A DNA stretch of 64,000 nt from Candidatus Bipolaricaulota bacterium (GCA_041302525.1 JBFYQX010000052.1:1518-65517), one strand, 5' to 3'. Positions 46,283 through 56,839 are shown, counted from the stretch's first letter. Numbers and translations: made by a program. The notes: generated from the sequence alone by a model not told the origin.

Positions 46283-47860
46283 CTACGCTCCGAACCGCTT
46301 CTTGAAGTCGGCGACGGCCTGATCGAGCTTGGCGCGGTACTCGGGCGTCAGCTGGCGCCGCTCGCGCAGCTCGCGCACGAGGTCCTCGCGTTGCTCGTGC
46401 AGGTACCGCAGCCACTCCTCCTCGAAGCGGCGAACGGCTCCCACCTCGATGTCGGCGAGGTGGTTCTGGACCGCGACGTAGAGCGACAGCACCTGGTCCT
46501 CGACTGGCATCGGCTTGTACTGCCCCTGCCCGAGGATCTGCATCAGCCGGTCGCCGCGCGCGAGCTGGGCCTTGGACTCGTCGTCGAGGTCGCTCGAGAA
46601 CTCGGCGAACGCCTCGAGCTCGCGGTACTGCGACAGCTCGAGCCGCAGCTCGCCGGCGATCTGCGACATGGCACGGATCTGCGCCGCGCCGCCAACGCGC
46701 GACACCGAGTACCCGACGTTGATCGCCGGACGGACGCCCTGGTTGAACAGGTTGGTCTCGAGGTAGATCTGGCCGTCGGTGATGGAGATCACGTTCGTCG
46801 GGATGTACGACGTGATGTCGCCGGCCTTCGTCTCAATGATCGGGAACGCCGTGAGCGAGCCGCCGCCGCGATGCGCCGACGGCACCGGGCGCTCGTCTTC
46901 AAGCGGCGCGCCGTTTCCTGAGCCCTCGACGCGCCCGTGAAGGTCGGACAGGCGCACGGCCCGTTCGAGCAGGCGCGAGTGGGTGTAGAAGATGTCGCCC
47001 GGGTACGCCTCGCGGCCGGGCGGCCGCCGCAGCAAGAGCGCGATCTCGCGGTAGGCGACCGCGTGCTTCGACAGGTCGTCATAGACGATGAACGCGTCGT
47101 CGCCGCGGTAGGTGAAGTACTCGGCCATCGCGCAGCCAGCGTACGGCGCCAGGTACTGCATGGTCGCCGGCGTGTGAGCGTCAGCCACAACGACGATCGT
47201 GTACGAGAGCGCGTCGTGACGCGACAGCGTGTCAACAATCTTGGCAACCGTCGACGCCTTCTGGCCGATGGCCACGTAGACGCAGGTCACATCCTTGCCC
47301 TTCTGATTGATGATCGTGTCGAGCGCGATCGCCGTCTTGCCGGTTCGCCGGTCGCCAATGATCAGCTCGCGCTGGCCTCGCCCGATCGGCGTCATCGCGT
47401 CGACGGCCTTGAGACCAGTCTGAAGGGGCGTGTCGACGGGCTGGCGATCGATGACACCCGGCGCCTTCGACTCGGTGCGCCGCGTCTCGGTCGACGCGAT
47501 CGGCCCCCTACCGTCAAGCGGACGCCCCAGCGGATCGACGACACGGCCGAGAAACCCCTCGCCCACCGGCGTCTCGAGCACGTGCCCGGTGCGACGAACC
47601 TCGTCGCCCTCCTTGACCTTCTCGGTGTCGCCAAACAGGGCGACCCCGACCGACTCCTCCTCCAGATTGAGGATGAGCCCGTACACGTCGTTCCCGAACG
47701 TCGCGATCTCCGAGGACATCGCGCGATCGAGCCCGTAGACGTGCGCGATCCCGTCGCCAACCTGGGCGACGACGCCGATCTCCTGGGTCTGGAAGTCGTA
47801 CTGGAAGCCCCGCAGGTGCTCTTTCAGGACGGCCGCGATGTCGTCTTTGCGCGTCGTCAT
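46283..47860 (-). CDS. atpA: F1Fo ATP synthase alpha subunit
   Basis: 525 aa. P-loop [11 protein letters not shown]. There is an insertion of about 20 aa ([22 protein letters not shown]) before the conserved GGGSLTA segment. Confidence 0.9.
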   Translation of the reverse strand: MTTRKDDIAAVLKEHLRGFQYDFQTQEIGVVAQVGDGIAHVYGLDRAMSSEIATFGNDVYGLILNLEEESVGVALFGDTEKVKEGDEVRRTGHVLETPVGEGFLGRVVDPLGRPLDGRGPIASTETRRTESKAPGVIDRQPVDTPLQTGLKAVDAMTPIGRGQRELIIGDRRTGKTAIALDTIINQKGKDVTCVYVAIGQKASTVAKIVDTLSRHDALSYTIVVVADAHTPATMQYLAPYAGCAMAEYFTYRGDDAFIVYDDLSKHAVAYREIALLLRRPPGREAYPGDIFYTHSRLLERAVRLSDLHGRVEGSGNGAPLEDERPVPSAHRGGGSLTAFPIIETKAGDITSYIPTNVISITDGQIYLETNLFNQGVRPAINVGYSVSRVGGAAQIRAMSQIAGELRLELSQYRELEAFAEFSSDLDDESKAQLARGDRLMQILGQGQYKPMPVEDQVLSLYVAVQNHLADIEVGAVRRFEEEWLRYLHEQREDLVRELRERRQLTPEYRAKLDQAVADFKKRFGA

Positions 47861-48351
47861 CTCTCCCCCGATGCTCCAAGCGTCTGATGCAGGCGATCGA
47901 GCTTCGCCTTGAGCGTGCCGTCCAGGGTTCGGCCCTCGATCTCGATGCGGACCCCGGCGAGCACGGCTGTGTCCACGCTCTCTTCGATCTTCACCTGCAT
48001 CCGCAGCGCGCGGCCGAGCCGATCGGCGAGCTGCGCCCGCTCGTCGTCTGACAGCGCTTGCGCGGTGACCACGCGGACGCGCACGACGTTCTCCGACTCG
48101 GCGCGCACGGACAGGAACTCGCCAAGCACGAGGTCGCGAACGAGGAGACCGATGAGGTGGCGGAATCCGTCGCTCGCCTCGGGAAACGCCTCGCGCAGAA
48201 CCTGCCCTGCCGGATCAGCAGCGTCCGGTGCCCGGTCGGTTGCCGCAGCCAGCTCGCGCAGCTCTCGTTCCAGCGCGTCGGTCGACTTCTCACGCGCCGC
48301 GAGCGTATAGAGGTCTTGCGCGATCTTCCGCGCGACGTCGCGAGATCTCAC
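47857..48351 (-). CDS. atpH: F1Fo ATP synthase delta (OSCP) subunit
   Basis: 164 aa. ATGA-type overlaps link it to atpA and atpF. Delta-family C-terminus (...[19 protein letters not shown]). Confidence 0.8.
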   Translation of the reverse strand: MRSRDVARKIAQDLYTLAAREKSTDALERELRELAAATDRAPDAADPAGQVLREAFPEASDGFRHLIGLLVRDLVLGEFLSVRAESENVVRVRVVTAQALSDDERAQLADRLGRALRMQVKIEESVDTAVLAGVRIEIEGRTLDGTLKAKLDRLHQTLGASGER

Positions 48352-48872
48352 CGGCGCTCCCTCACCCCGTCGAGCGCGGCCTCATCGATCTCGGCCAGGA
48401 GCTGATCGAGGAGCTTGCGGTGATCGTCGATCCGCACCTCGCGCCGCAAGAGCTGCTCGGTGCCGAGCACGACCATCTCCGCGTACTGCGCCTTGAGGTC
48501 GGCGACCAGCTGCTCTCGCTCGTGGGCGACCTGCACGCGCGCATCGGCCAGGATGCGATCGGCCTCGCCCTTGGCGCGCTCTTTGGCCTCGACAAGGCCC
48601 TTCTCGGCGCGCTGCCGGGCCTCCTCAAGGATCTGGGCCGACTCTTTCTTCACCGCCGCGAGCTCGCCTTGGCGCGCCGCGACGAGCTCGGCCGCCTTCT
48701 CTTCGGCCGCCTTGGCCGTCGCCATCCGCGCGGCAATCAGGTCGCGGCGCCGATCGAGGTACTGGAGCGCCGGCCTCCACAGCAGCCAGCGCAGGAGAAC
48801 CAACAGGACCGCGAACTGAAGCAGGGTGATGACGAGCGTCCAGTTGAAATCAATGATCCTACCCCACTCCAC
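48348..48872 (-). CDS. atpF: F1Fo ATP synthase subunit b
   Basis: N-terminal TM helix followed by a long charged coiled coil (AEEKAAEL...EAKERAKGEADRI...). Confidence 0.85.
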   Translation of the reverse strand: MEWGRIIDFNWTLVITLLQFAVLLVLLRWLLWRPALQYLDRRRDLIAARMATAKAAEEKAAELVAARQGELAAVKKESAQILEEARQRAEKGLVEAKERAKGEADRILADARVQVAHEREQLVADLKAQYAEMVVLGTEQLLRREVRIDDHRKLLDQLLAEIDEAALDGVRERR

Positions 48873-48887
48873 GCTATCCCTTCCTCT

Positions 48888-49163
48888 CTAGACGACGAAC
48901 AACAGAACGATCGAGATGAGCAGCGCGTAGATCGCCGTCGTCTCGATCAAGGCGCAGCCGATGAGCATCGTGCTGAAGAGCGCTGGCCGCGACTCAGGCT
49001 GGCGCGCGATGCCATCGAGCGCGTGGGAGACGGCGTTCCCGAGCCCGAGCCCCGGGCCGAACGCCCCAATCCCCATGCACAGCCCGGCCGCGAGGTACTT
49101 GGCCACTTGCACCAAGTCCGCGCCGCTGATTCCCGCCGCTGCAGTCTGGGCCTCCTGAAGCAT
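48888..49163 (-). CDS. atpE: F1Fo ATP synthase subunit c
   Basis: 91 aa from MLQEAQ, with GGAGGG RBS. Two-helix hairpin with a conserved carboxylate in helix 2 (LIETTAIYALLI). The track ORF over-extends upstream. Confidence 0.85.
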   Translation of the reverse strand: MLQEAQTAAAGISGADLVQVAKYLAAGLCMGIGAFGPGLGLGNAVSHALDGIARQPESRPALFSTMLIGCALIETTAIYALLISIVLLFVV

Positions 49164-49171
49164 GCACCCTC

Positions 49172-49891
49172 CTAGTGTTTCTCGGTCGCCAAATTGATGT
49201 AGGCAACCGCCAGAATCGAGAAAACGAAGGCCTGAATCAGCCCGAACCCGATCCCAAAGACGATGCGCAACGCGATGGGAACGACGAACGGCTCGAGCTT
49301 GGCCATGACAATCGACACAAGGACCATCTCGGCGAACACATTGCCGAACAACCGGAACCCGTGCGACAGCGGACGAGCCACAACCTCGGACAGGATCATG
49401 AACGGCGACAGCCACCACGGGGAGAAGAACTCCTTCTTGTATCCGCGGAGTCCTTTGGTGCGGATCAGGAAGAAGTGGACGAGGACAAGGACCATGAGCG
49501 CCAGACCCAGTGTGACGTTGGGGTCGGTCGTGGGCGCTTCGAGTCCCGGGAGGAGCGAGAGCCAGTTCGACGCGAGGATGAACAGGAACAGGCTCGCGAT
49601 GAACGGGAACATCTTCCGCCCGAACTCCTTCGAGCTAAAGTTCCCGAGAAGCTGGCTGTCCAGCTGCTCCATCACAAAGTCAAGCGCCGCCTGCGTGCGG
49701 GTCGGCTTGTCCTCGACGGGCTGCCGCAGCCCGCGCCGCAGAACCAGGGCGAGGGCGATCACGATGAGCGAGGCGATGGCGGACAGGACAATCGTCTTGG
49801 CGTCGACCTGGACGGTGAGGCCACCGATGTGCCAGGTAGCGATCTCTTTCTTGCCGAGATGCTCTATCAGCTTCCCGAGCTCTTCTCGCAC
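49172..49891 (-). CDS. atpB: F1Fo ATP synthase subunit a
   Basis: GTG start (VREELGKL) follows GGAGGGG. Conserved Arg region of TM4 (...SHGFRLFGNVFAEMVL...) and C-terminal helices. Confidence 0.85.
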   Translation of the reverse strand: MREELGKLIEHLGKKEIATWHIGGLTVQVDAKTIVLSAIASLIVIALALVLRRGLRQPVEDKPTRTQAALDFVMEQLDSQLLGNFSSKEFGRKMFPFIASLFLFILASNWLSLLPGLEAPTTDPNVTLGLALMVLVLVHFFLIRTKGLRGYKKEFFSPWWLSPFMILSEVVARPLSHGFRLFGNVFAEMVLVSIVMAKLEPFVVPIALRIVFGIGFGLIQAFVFSILAVAYINLATEKH

Positions 49892-50277
49892 GACGCCCCT
49901 CCCCCTGCCGCAGACCGCCGGAAGAGCAAGCTTAGCTGCGCCAGAGCCAATCCTCCACCCGCGCCGAGGAACGTCTCGCGTCCGAGCGCCACGGCGATCC
50001 ACGCCAGGCAGAGCCCGAGGAGGAGGTACCGCCCGAGGCCAGACAGGATAGCCACGATCGCGCCCCGGCGCGGCGCTTCGCCGCGGGCGAGCGTTGCAAG
50101 CGTGACCAGGAGAAGCGCCGCATTCACAAGGTAGAGGGCGAGGCCGAGGCCCACGCCGAGCGCGGCGGCCCGCCAACCGACTGCGCAGAGAGTCGCCGCC
50201 AGCGCTCCGCAGAGGCCGAACGAGACGCCGACGCGCAGGGCGCCGGCGATCCCGGGAAGCCGCGGCAGACTCCGCAT
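49867..50277 (-). CDS. AtpI/AtpZ-like small membrane protein at the head of the ATP synthase operon
   Basis: Hydrophobic 4-TM-like ORF (MRSLPRLPGIAGALRVGVSFGLCGALAATL...). The position is as expected for atpI. Overlaps the atpB start by 25 nt. No sequence-level certainty. Confidence 0.45.
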   Translation of the reverse strand: MRSLPRLPGIAGALRVGVSFGLCGALAATLCAVGWRAAALGVGLGLALYLVNAALLLVTLATLARGEAPRRGAIVAILSGLGRYLLLGLCLAWIAVALGRETFLGAGGGLALAQLSLLFRRSAAGGGASCEKSSGS

Positions 50278-50293
50278 GGGTTGGGAGGCAGAG

Positions 50294-50854
50294 CTAGATC
50301 GTCTGGATCTGCTTTGCCTTCTGGTCGATGAGCGCGTCGACCGCCTTCGTGTTCTCATGGACCACCTCGTCGGTCTTCTCGCGGTACCGACGGTGGTCGT
50401 CTTCGGAGATCTGGCCGTCTTTCTTCATCGCGTCGAGCTTCTCGTTCGCCTCGCGGCGGACGTTGCGCAACGCGACCTTGGTCTCCTCGCCGCGCGTCTT
50501 GATGACCTTCGACAGCTCGCGGCGGCGCTCCTCGGAGAGCTTGGGCACCTTGATCCGCAGCACGTTGCCGTCGCTCGCCGGGTTGAGCCCCAGGTCCGCG
50601 GACAGGATCGCCTTCTCAACCGACCCCATCTGTGTCTTGTCGAACGGCTGGACCACGAGGAGGTTCGCGTCCGGCGCGGCGATCGTCGCGAGCTGCTTCA
50701 GCGGCATGCGGGCCCCGTAGTAGTCGACGACCACGTCCTCGACCATCGCCGGGTTCGCCCGTCCGGTCTGGACCTTCGCGAGGTGCTCCTTGAGCACGTC
50801 GAGGGTCCGCTTCATGTGCTCGACCATCTCCCGTTGCACCTGCTCTGCTGGCAT
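50294..50854 (-). CDS. frr: Ribosome recycling factor
   Basis: 186 aa, typical RRF (...VRVEYYG...LRNVRRDANDKLK...-like motifs: VVVDYYGARMPLKQLATI, ALRNVRREANEKL). Confidence 0.9.
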   Translation of the reverse strand: MPAEQVQREMVEHMKRTLDVLKEHLAKVQTGRANPAMVEDVVVDYYGARMPLKQLATIAAPDANLLVVQPFDKTQMGSVEKAILSADLGLNPASDGNVLRIKVPKLSEERRRELSKVIKTRGEETKVALRNVRREANEKLDAMKKDGQISEDDHRRYREKTDEVVHENTKAVDALIDQKAKQIQTI

Positions 50855-50928
50855 GCGTCACCTCGTAGCGATGATTCTATGGGCGGCCCGAGAGACCGTC
50901 AACGCAGGATGCCGTGCGCCGCGACGTC

Positions 50929-51600
50929 TCACGCGTCCGGGCGGGCGACCAGCCGGTCAAGCTCCACTTGTTGCTCGGGGCGGACGACGGCCAGAATCTC
51001 GTCCACAGCCTGGAGCACCGTGTCCGCGCTCGGCAGGATGAGGTCGCCCTTGCGCAAGATGGCGACGAGGATGCAGTCGCACGGCAGGTCGAGGTCGCGC
51101 ACGGCCTTGCCCGCAGCGACCGATCCCGGCGCGACCTTGACCTCGACGAGCGAGTACTGGCCGCGGCGCAGGTTGAGGAGCGTCATCATGTCGCCGACCG
51201 ACATCTCCTCGGCGATCAGGGTCGCCATCAGGTTTGCCTGGTTCAGGGCGACGTCGACGCCCATGTCGCGCGTGAACAGCCACGCGTTGTCGGGATCGTT
51301 CACGCGTGCGATGACGCGCCGCACGCCGAACTCAAACCGCGAGATGGTCGAGACCACGAGGTTGTCCTCGTCGTCCGAGGTCACGGCCGCCACGACGTTG
51401 GCCTTCTTGATCCCCGCCTGCACGAGCACCTTGGGGTCGGCACCGTCGCCGGAGACGATCATCTCCGGCGGAAAGCGCAGCTTCAGCGGCTCGGTGATCT
51501 CGGGCCGCGGGTCGACGATGACCGCGTCGTGCCCACCGTCCCGGAGCAGTCCGGCGAGGTGCGCGCCCGTCTTTCCTCCCCCAACGATCAGGACGAACAT
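50929..51600 (-). CDS. trkA: TrkA/KtrA-type K+ transport regulatory protein (RCK_N plus RCK_C)
   Basis: MFVLIVGGGKTGAHLA Rossmann motif and a C-terminal TrkA_C domain. GGAGAGGAGG RBS. Confidence 0.8.
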   Translation of the reverse strand: MFVLIVGGGKTGAHLAGLLRDGGHDAVIVDPRPEITEPLKLRFPPEMIVSGDGADPKVLVQAGIKKANVVAAVTSDDEDNLVVSTISRFEFGVRRVIARVNDPDNAWLFTRDMGVDVALNQANLMATLIAEEMSVGDMMTLLNLRRGQYSLVEVKVAPGSVAAGKAVRDLDLPCDCILVAILRKGDLILPSADTVLQAVDEILAVVRPEQQVELDRLVARPDA

Positions 51601-51614
51601 GGTCGCCTCCTCTC

Positions 51615-52265
51615 CTAGACGATGGCCATCAAGCTCTCGAGCCGCGAGCGGGCCGTAGCCAGCACGCTGATCACGATTCGATCGCCGCTCTGGAACGTGG
51701 TCCCCGAAATGGGGATGAACGTCCCGCCCTTGCGCGCCACGCTGATGACCGAGATTTCGGACGGCACGTTGACGTTGTGCACCGTGCGCCCGACCCAGTG
51801 CGGCGGCACCTCCACCTCGACCAGCTCCACCTCGCCCGTGCCCAGGCTCTGCACGACGTTCAGCTCGCGATGTCCGAGGAGTTGGATGATCCGGCTCGCG
51901 CCCCACGCCGTGGAGGACACCGTCTGCAGACCGAGGCGCTGGTAGATCTCGGCGCGCCGCGGGTCGTAGAGCCGGGCCACGATCTTCGGCACGTTGAACG
52001 TGTTGCGCGCCACCCGCGCGATGACGATGTTGCGGTTGTCGCGCGCCGTGACCGCCGCCAGGGCGTCGGCCTGATCGGCGCCGGCCTTGGCGAGGACGTC
52101 ACGGTCGAGGCCCGTTCCCGTCACCGCCTTGCCGCGGAACGAGGGGCCCAAGCGCTCGAAGGCGCGAGGGTCCACGTCGACCACGGTCACGTCTTGGCCG
52201 TCGTCGATGAGCTGGTGGGCGAGTTCGGTACCCATCCGCCCGCAGCCAACAATGATGACCTTCAT
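51615..52265 (-). CDS. trkA: Second TrkA/KtrA-type regulatory protein (RCK_N plus RCK_C)
   Basis: MKVIIVGCGRMGTELA Rossmann motif. Tandem with the first trkA. Confidence 0.8.
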   Translation of the reverse strand: MKVIIVGCGRMGTELAHQLIDDGQDVTVVDVDPRAFERLGPSFRGKAVTGTGLDRDVLAKAGADQADALAAVTARDNRNIVIARVARNTFNVPKIVARLYDPRRAEIYQRLGLQTVSSTAWGASRIIQLLGHRELNVVQSLGTGEVELVEVEVPPHWVGRTVHNVNVPSEISVISVARKGGTFIPISGTTFQSGDRIVISVLATARSRLESLMAIV

Positions 52266-52422
52266 CGCACCCTCCTCACGCGAGACGTGCGCCTGCCTTT
52301 CGGCGCGTGATACTCGCTACAGTAGAGCGTTTCTCCCCTTCCGCGACGCCCGCCCGTCCCGCCGGCCACGGAAACAGTCCGCGTCATCCTACCGCGCGCG
52401 TGTCCAGGTCTACCAGTCTGAC

Positions 52423-55260
52423 TCACGTCCCACCTCCTGGCTCCGGGTGCGCCTCGGCGAGCGCCAGGCGCGCCGCCCGCCGGCGGTCGAGCGCGCGCAC
52501 GACCGCCTTGCGCCCTTCCTCCGCGAGGAACATGATCGGCGGGTAGAGGAAGAGAATCCCCCAGTACTTGAGCGGCAGAGGCCCTTCCTCAAACAGCGCC
52601 TGGAATGGCGGCGCGTAGATCATGAGCGCGATGAGCGCCAGTTCGAACGCGAAGCCAAAGAGCAGGAAACGGTTCGAGAAGAACCCGGTCTTGAACACCG
52701 AGGATCGCTCCGTGCGGCAGGCGTAAGCGTTGCCGATCTGGGTCGTCACGACCCCGGCGTGGAACATCGACGTCGCGAGGACGTAGACCATGCCATCGTT
52801 CGACAAGAGCCTCTGTGCGTACGGCAGGAGGTCCGGGCGCGGCAGGTTGAACAGGTCGCGGTAGCCCATCGTCCACCAGAGGAAGAAGAAACCGGCAAAG
52901 CACAGCGCCGTCTGGATGCTCCCCAGCCATAGGAACGCGCGCAGGACGAGCTTGCGGTCGACGATGCGTTCCTTCGTGCCGCGCGGCGGCCGATCCATGA
53001 GCCCCGGCTCGGGCTTCTCGGTCCCCAGCGCGAGCGCCGGCACGAGGTCCGTGCCCAGGTCGACGGCCAGGATCTGCATCACCGTGAGCGCGAGCGGGAT
53101 GTTGAACACAATCTGCAGGATGACCGGCCACGCCTCGGGCGTGTTGCTCGTGAAGATGTACGTCGTGAACTTGCGGATGTTGGCGTAGACGGCGCGCCCT
53201 TCCTCGATGGCGTTGACAATCGAGGCGAAGTTGTCGTCGAGCAGGATCATCGACGCCGCTTCCTTGGCCACGTCGGTTCCGGCGATGCCCATCGCCACGC
53301 CAATGTGCGCCTTCTTGAGCGCCGGGGCGTCGTTCACGCCGTCGCCGGTCACGGCCACGATCTCGCCCAGCTCTTTGAGCGCCGAGACGACGCGCAGCTT
53401 GTGCTCGGGCGCGGCGCGGGCAAAGATGACCTCGCCCTTGAGCGCCTCGCGCAACTCGGCGTCCGTCATCGCGTCGAGGTCCGCGCCGGTGACGAGGCGG
53501 GCGCCCTCTTCGACCATCCCGACGCGCCGTGCGATCGACTCGGCGGTGAGCCCGTAGTCGCCCGTGATCATGATGATGCGGATGCCCGCGCGGTGGCACT
53601 TGTCGACCGCCGCCGCCACCTCCGGGCGCGGCGGATCCTGCATCGCCAGGAGGCCGAGGAAGGTCAACTCCTGCTCGACCCACTGGATCGTGTAGCCGTT
53701 CGGCCGAATGGGCAGCGTGCGCCGCGCGATCGCCAGGACGCGCAGGGCATTGCGTGCGTAGGCGTCGTTGGCCGCCAGGATCTCGTCGCGCCGCTCGCGC
53801 GTCATCGGAACCTCGACCCCGTTGATCAGGATCGACGTGCACAGCGACAGCACCTCTTTCGGCGCGCCCTTGACGAATGCGATCTCGTCTCGGCCGCGCG
53901 GGTGGATCGTGCTCATCCGCTTGCGGGCCGAGTCAAACGGCAGCTCGCGCAGGCGCGGGTACTCGCGGGCCGCGTCCGCGTGCGTCACCCCAGCTTTCGC
54001 CCCCGCAACCACCAGCGCGGCCTCGGTCGGATCGCCGAGGATCGTCCACCCCTTCTCGCCTTGCGGCGGCACGAGCCGCGCGTTGTTGCACAGGATCGAC
54101 GCCAGCGCCAGCTCGCGCAGGTCGCCCGGCGCCGCGTCCTGGTCCCCGCCCGTCGGGCGGAACTCGCCTTTCGGCTCGTAGCCGACGCCCGTCGCCGCAA
54201 GGCGGTGTCCCGAGATCCAGATCTCACGCACCGTCATTTCGTTCTGCGTCAGCGTTCCCGTCTTGTCCGTGCAGATCACCGTGCACGACCCGAGTGTCTC
54301 GACTGATGACAGTTTCTTGATCAGCGCGTTGCGCTTCGCCATCCGTTGCACGCCCATCGCGAGCGACAGCGTGACCGTCGGCAGGAGCCCCTCGGGAACG
54401 AACGCCACGACCATGCCCACCGAGAAGATGAACCCCTCGCTCAGCGGGCGACCGATGACGAAGACCGACAGGAAGAACAGCGCGACGCCGATCCCGAGGG
54501 CCATGCCCGTGACGAAGCGCGTGACGCGGTTGACCTCCTTCTGGAGCGGGGAGAGGTCCTCCTCGACCGTCTGCGTCATCCGCGCGATCTTGCCGAACTC
54601 CGTGTTCATGCCCGTGGCAAAGATCACGGCACGACCCGTGCCGGCGCTGACCGCCGTCCCGGCGAACACCAAGTTCGGGCGTTCCATGATCGAGAGACCC
54701 TCGCGCAGCGAGGCCTCCGCCGTGCGCCGCGCCGGCGTCGACTCGCCGTTCAGGGTCGAGAGGTCGACGCGCATCTCGTTTTCTTCGACCAGGCGCGCGT
54801 CGGCGCTCACGTGGTCGCCCTCCGAGAGGACGATGACATCGCCGGGCACCAACTCCTCGGCCGGAACCTTCGCCTCGTGGCCGTCGCGCACGGCGCGCGC
54901 GAACTGCGGCAAGAGCATCTTCAGCGCGTCCGCCGCCTTCTCGGCGCGAAACTCCTGCCAGAACGAGAAGATCGCGTTGATGACGATGACCGCCCAGATT
55001 GCCCAGCCGAGCTGCGGCATCTTGCCGATGAACGCCATCGCCCCGCCTGCCCACAGGAGGAGGGCCATCAGGTGCGTGAAGTTGGCGAGGAACTTCCGCC
55101 ACAGGGGCTTCCCTTTGATCGTCTGGATCGCGTTCGGACCGTGCTTGGCCAGACGCGCGGTCGCCTCGGCGGTCGAGAGACCGTCTTCCGACGTGCCTGC
55201 CGCCGCGTAGACGTCCGAGATCTGAAGCGTGTAAGGACGGAGAGCTTGGTTTTCCGGCAT
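52423..55260 (-). CDS. P2-type cation-translocating P-type ATPase (Ca2+/Mg2+-ATPase-like)
   Basis: 945 aa. DKTGTLT phosphorylation site, TGES motif, PEGL in TM4, GDGVNDAPAL hinge, 10 TM helices. Confidence 0.9.
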   Translation of the reverse strand: MPENQALRPYTLQISDVYAAAGTSEDGLSTAEATARLAKHGPNAIQTIKGKPLWRKFLANFTHLMALLLWAGGAMAFIGKMPQLGWAIWAVIVINAIFSFWQEFRAEKAADALKMLLPQFARAVRDGHEAKVPAEELVPGDVIVLSEGDHVSADARLVEENEMRVDLSTLNGESTPARRTAEASLREGLSIMERPNLVFAGTAVSAGTGRAVIFATGMNTEFGKIARMTQTVEEDLSPLQKEVNRVTRFVTGMALGIGVALFFLSVFVIGRPLSEGFIFSVGMVVAFVPEGLLPTVTLSLAMGVQRMAKRNALIKKLSSVETLGSCTVICTDKTGTLTQNEMTVREIWISGHRLAATGVGYEPKGEFRPTGGDQDAAPGDLRELALASILCNNARLVPPQGEKGWTILGDPTEAALVVAGAKAGVTHADAAREYPRLRELPFDSARKRMSTIHPRGRDEIAFVKGAPKEVLSLCTSILINGVEVPMTRERRDEILAANDAYARNALRVLAIARRTLPIRPNGYTIQWVEQELTFLGLLAMQDPPRPEVAAAVDKCHRAGIRIIMITGDYGLTAESIARRVGMVEEGARLVTGADLDAMTDAELREALKGEVIFARAAPEHKLRVVSALKELGEIVAVTGDGVNDAPALKKAHIGVAMGIAGTDVAKEAASMILLDDNFASIVNAIEEGRAVYANIRKFTTYIFTSNTPEAWPVILQIVFNIPLALTVMQILAVDLGTDLVPALALGTEKPEPGLMDRPPRGTKERIVDRKLVLRAFLWLGSIQTALCFAGFFFLWWTMGYRDLFNLPRPDLLPYAQRLLSNDGMVYVLATSMFHAGVVTTQIGNAYACRTERSSVFKTGFFSNRFLLFGFAFELALIALMIYAPPFQALFEEGPLPLKYWGILFLYPPIMFLAEEGRKAVVRALDRRRAARLALAEAHPEPGGGT

Positions 55261-55912
55261 CGAGACTACGTACCCGCCCAGTGTGCGCGCGTACCGTGGC
55301 TCCTTGACGACCCTGGGAAGAGGACGAGCCCACCCTCGGGTGGGCTCTGTGGTAGGTCCATCCTTCCGTGAGGCAGCATCCTACTGCTCGGATCTTCAGG
55401 TGTCAACTCAGTTGGCGGCGGCGGGGCACGGCTTCGCGGTTTCTGATCCGCCCTGGCCCGCGGCGGACATCTGCGGGCGCTTCGTTCATGGCGGGTGCAA
55501 GAGACCCGCCGGGCGGCCCGACCGCGATGGCTCGCGGGGGTACGGGAGCCACGCTCCGACATATCTCGCGCGCGGTGCGCGATCCCTACAGAACATGGCG
55601 GGTGCGTAGCTCCTCTCGGCCTTCGTCCGCGCCCTCGCCGGGCTTCGCGACGCCGAACGCGCCACCGTGGTCCTGGCAAACGGAGCCACCGAGGGCTCGG
55701 CGAGACGACCGTGGGCCGGAGAGGGATCTCCGTGCATCGCGGCAATGCCACGCAGCTCGCGTTCTAGCGCGCTCTGGCGGCGCGGCCCCATCATGGCCTC
55801 GTTGTTGGCACAGTCTGATCCTGCGTTGGCATCTGGCCTCGCCGCCCGCCGGGGCATGGGAGCGGCTGAACGCAGGAGAACGTCTTCCCATAAACACTCA
55901 GCCAGAGGGGCC

Positions 55913-55941
55913 TTGACTTGTCGTGCCTATTCGTATATTTT
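55913..55941 (+). promoter_or_regulatory. Candidate leaderless promoter for the IclR/KdgR-like regulator: TTGACT-17 nt-TATTTT (or TATATT), with the -10 ending 6 nt before the ATG at 55948
   Basis: TTGACT at 55913-55918 and TATTTT at 55936-55941, in a low-GC patch. The first 10 codons of the track ORF 55918.. cover these promoter elements, so the true start is probably 55948. Confidence 0.45.
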
Positions 55942-55947
55942 GACTCG

Positions 55948-56817
55948 ATGTCGAGATATACGAAGACGCGACTCCCCGAGGCGGCCAAGCCTCATCACTT
56001 CAATCAATCCCTTGACCGGGGTCTACGGATCCTTGATCTCTACAGCCGCAGCGCTCCCGCGCTCTCCGCAAAGGAAATCGCGGAGCAGCTCGACATCGGC
56101 GTGACAACCCTCTACCCATTTCTCCACACGCTCGTCGCCCACGGCTACCTGGAGATGGACGACCGCAAGAGATACCGCCTGGGACTGAAGCTGCTCGAAC
56201 GCGTGGGAGAGATTGAGAGCGTCTACGACGTCCGCGGCGTTGCGCGGGAGCACATGACGAAGCTCAGTCGGTCGATCGCGGCCAACGCGCGTCTCGGCGT
56301 CCTCTACGGCAACGAAGTGCTCTACCTCGAGCAAGAGGAAGGCGGCCCGGCGGCCAATGCGGTTCTGAGAGAGGTCGTGGGACTCCGCGTGCCGAGCCAC
56401 TGCACGGCCCTCGGCAAAGTGCTTCTCGCGTTTCTTCCCGAGGGCGACCAGGCGTCCGTCCTCGCGGGACTGCCCTTGCCCCAGATCACAGAACACACGA
56501 TCACGAGCCGCGACCGCCTGCGCGCGGAGCTCGCTCTCGTCCGAGAGCGAGGCTACGCACTGGAGATCGAGGAACTGCAGCCGGGCAGCGCGTGCGTCGG
56601 AGCTCCAATTCGCAGTTCGAGCGGCCGGGTGGTCGCGGCCATCAGCGCGTCGGTCTTTGCGTCGCGGGCTTGTGGAGAGGAACTGCCTCGCGTCGTGGAG
56701 GCGGTCACGGACGCCGCCGACGCGATCTCCGTGAGGCTAGGGCACCCCATCACGCGATCGCAGGCGGAGGATCCAAAGTGCGCTGACTGCCGATACGGAA
56801 GTGGAGGCCCAAACTAG
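55948..56817 (+). CDS. kdgR: IclR-family transcriptional regulator (KdgR-like), probably translated from a leaderless mRNA
   Basis: N-terminal HTH (LDRGLRILDLYSRSAPALSAKEIAEQLDIGVTTLYPFLHTLV) and a C-terminal IclR effector domain. It sits adjacent to the kdu/kdg genes. Confidence 0.8.
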   Translation: MSRYTKTRLPEAAKPHHFNQSLDRGLRILDLYSRSAPALSAKEIAEQLDIGVTTLYPFLHTLVAHGYLEMDDRKRYRLGLKLLERVGEIESVYDVRGVAREHMTKLSRSIAANARLGVLYGNEVLYLEQEEGGPAANAVLREVVGLRVPSHCTALGKVLLAFLPEGDQASVLAGLPLPQITEHTITSRDRLRAELALVRERGYALEIEELQPGSACVGAPIRSSSGRVVAAISASVFASRACGEELPRVVEAVTDAADAISVRLGHPITRSQAEDPKCADCRYGSGGPN

Positions 56818-56839
56818 GTCCGCAGGCAGAGGAGGCCAG

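Noticed and set aside
55266-55916. ORFs 55266..55751 (-), 55368..55916 (+) and 55486..55857 (-) as genes in the ATPase/kdgR intergenic region
   Set aside because: Mutually overlapping, Arg/Pro/Ala-rich, with no RBS or homology. The region is better treated as noncoding leader or promoter DNA.
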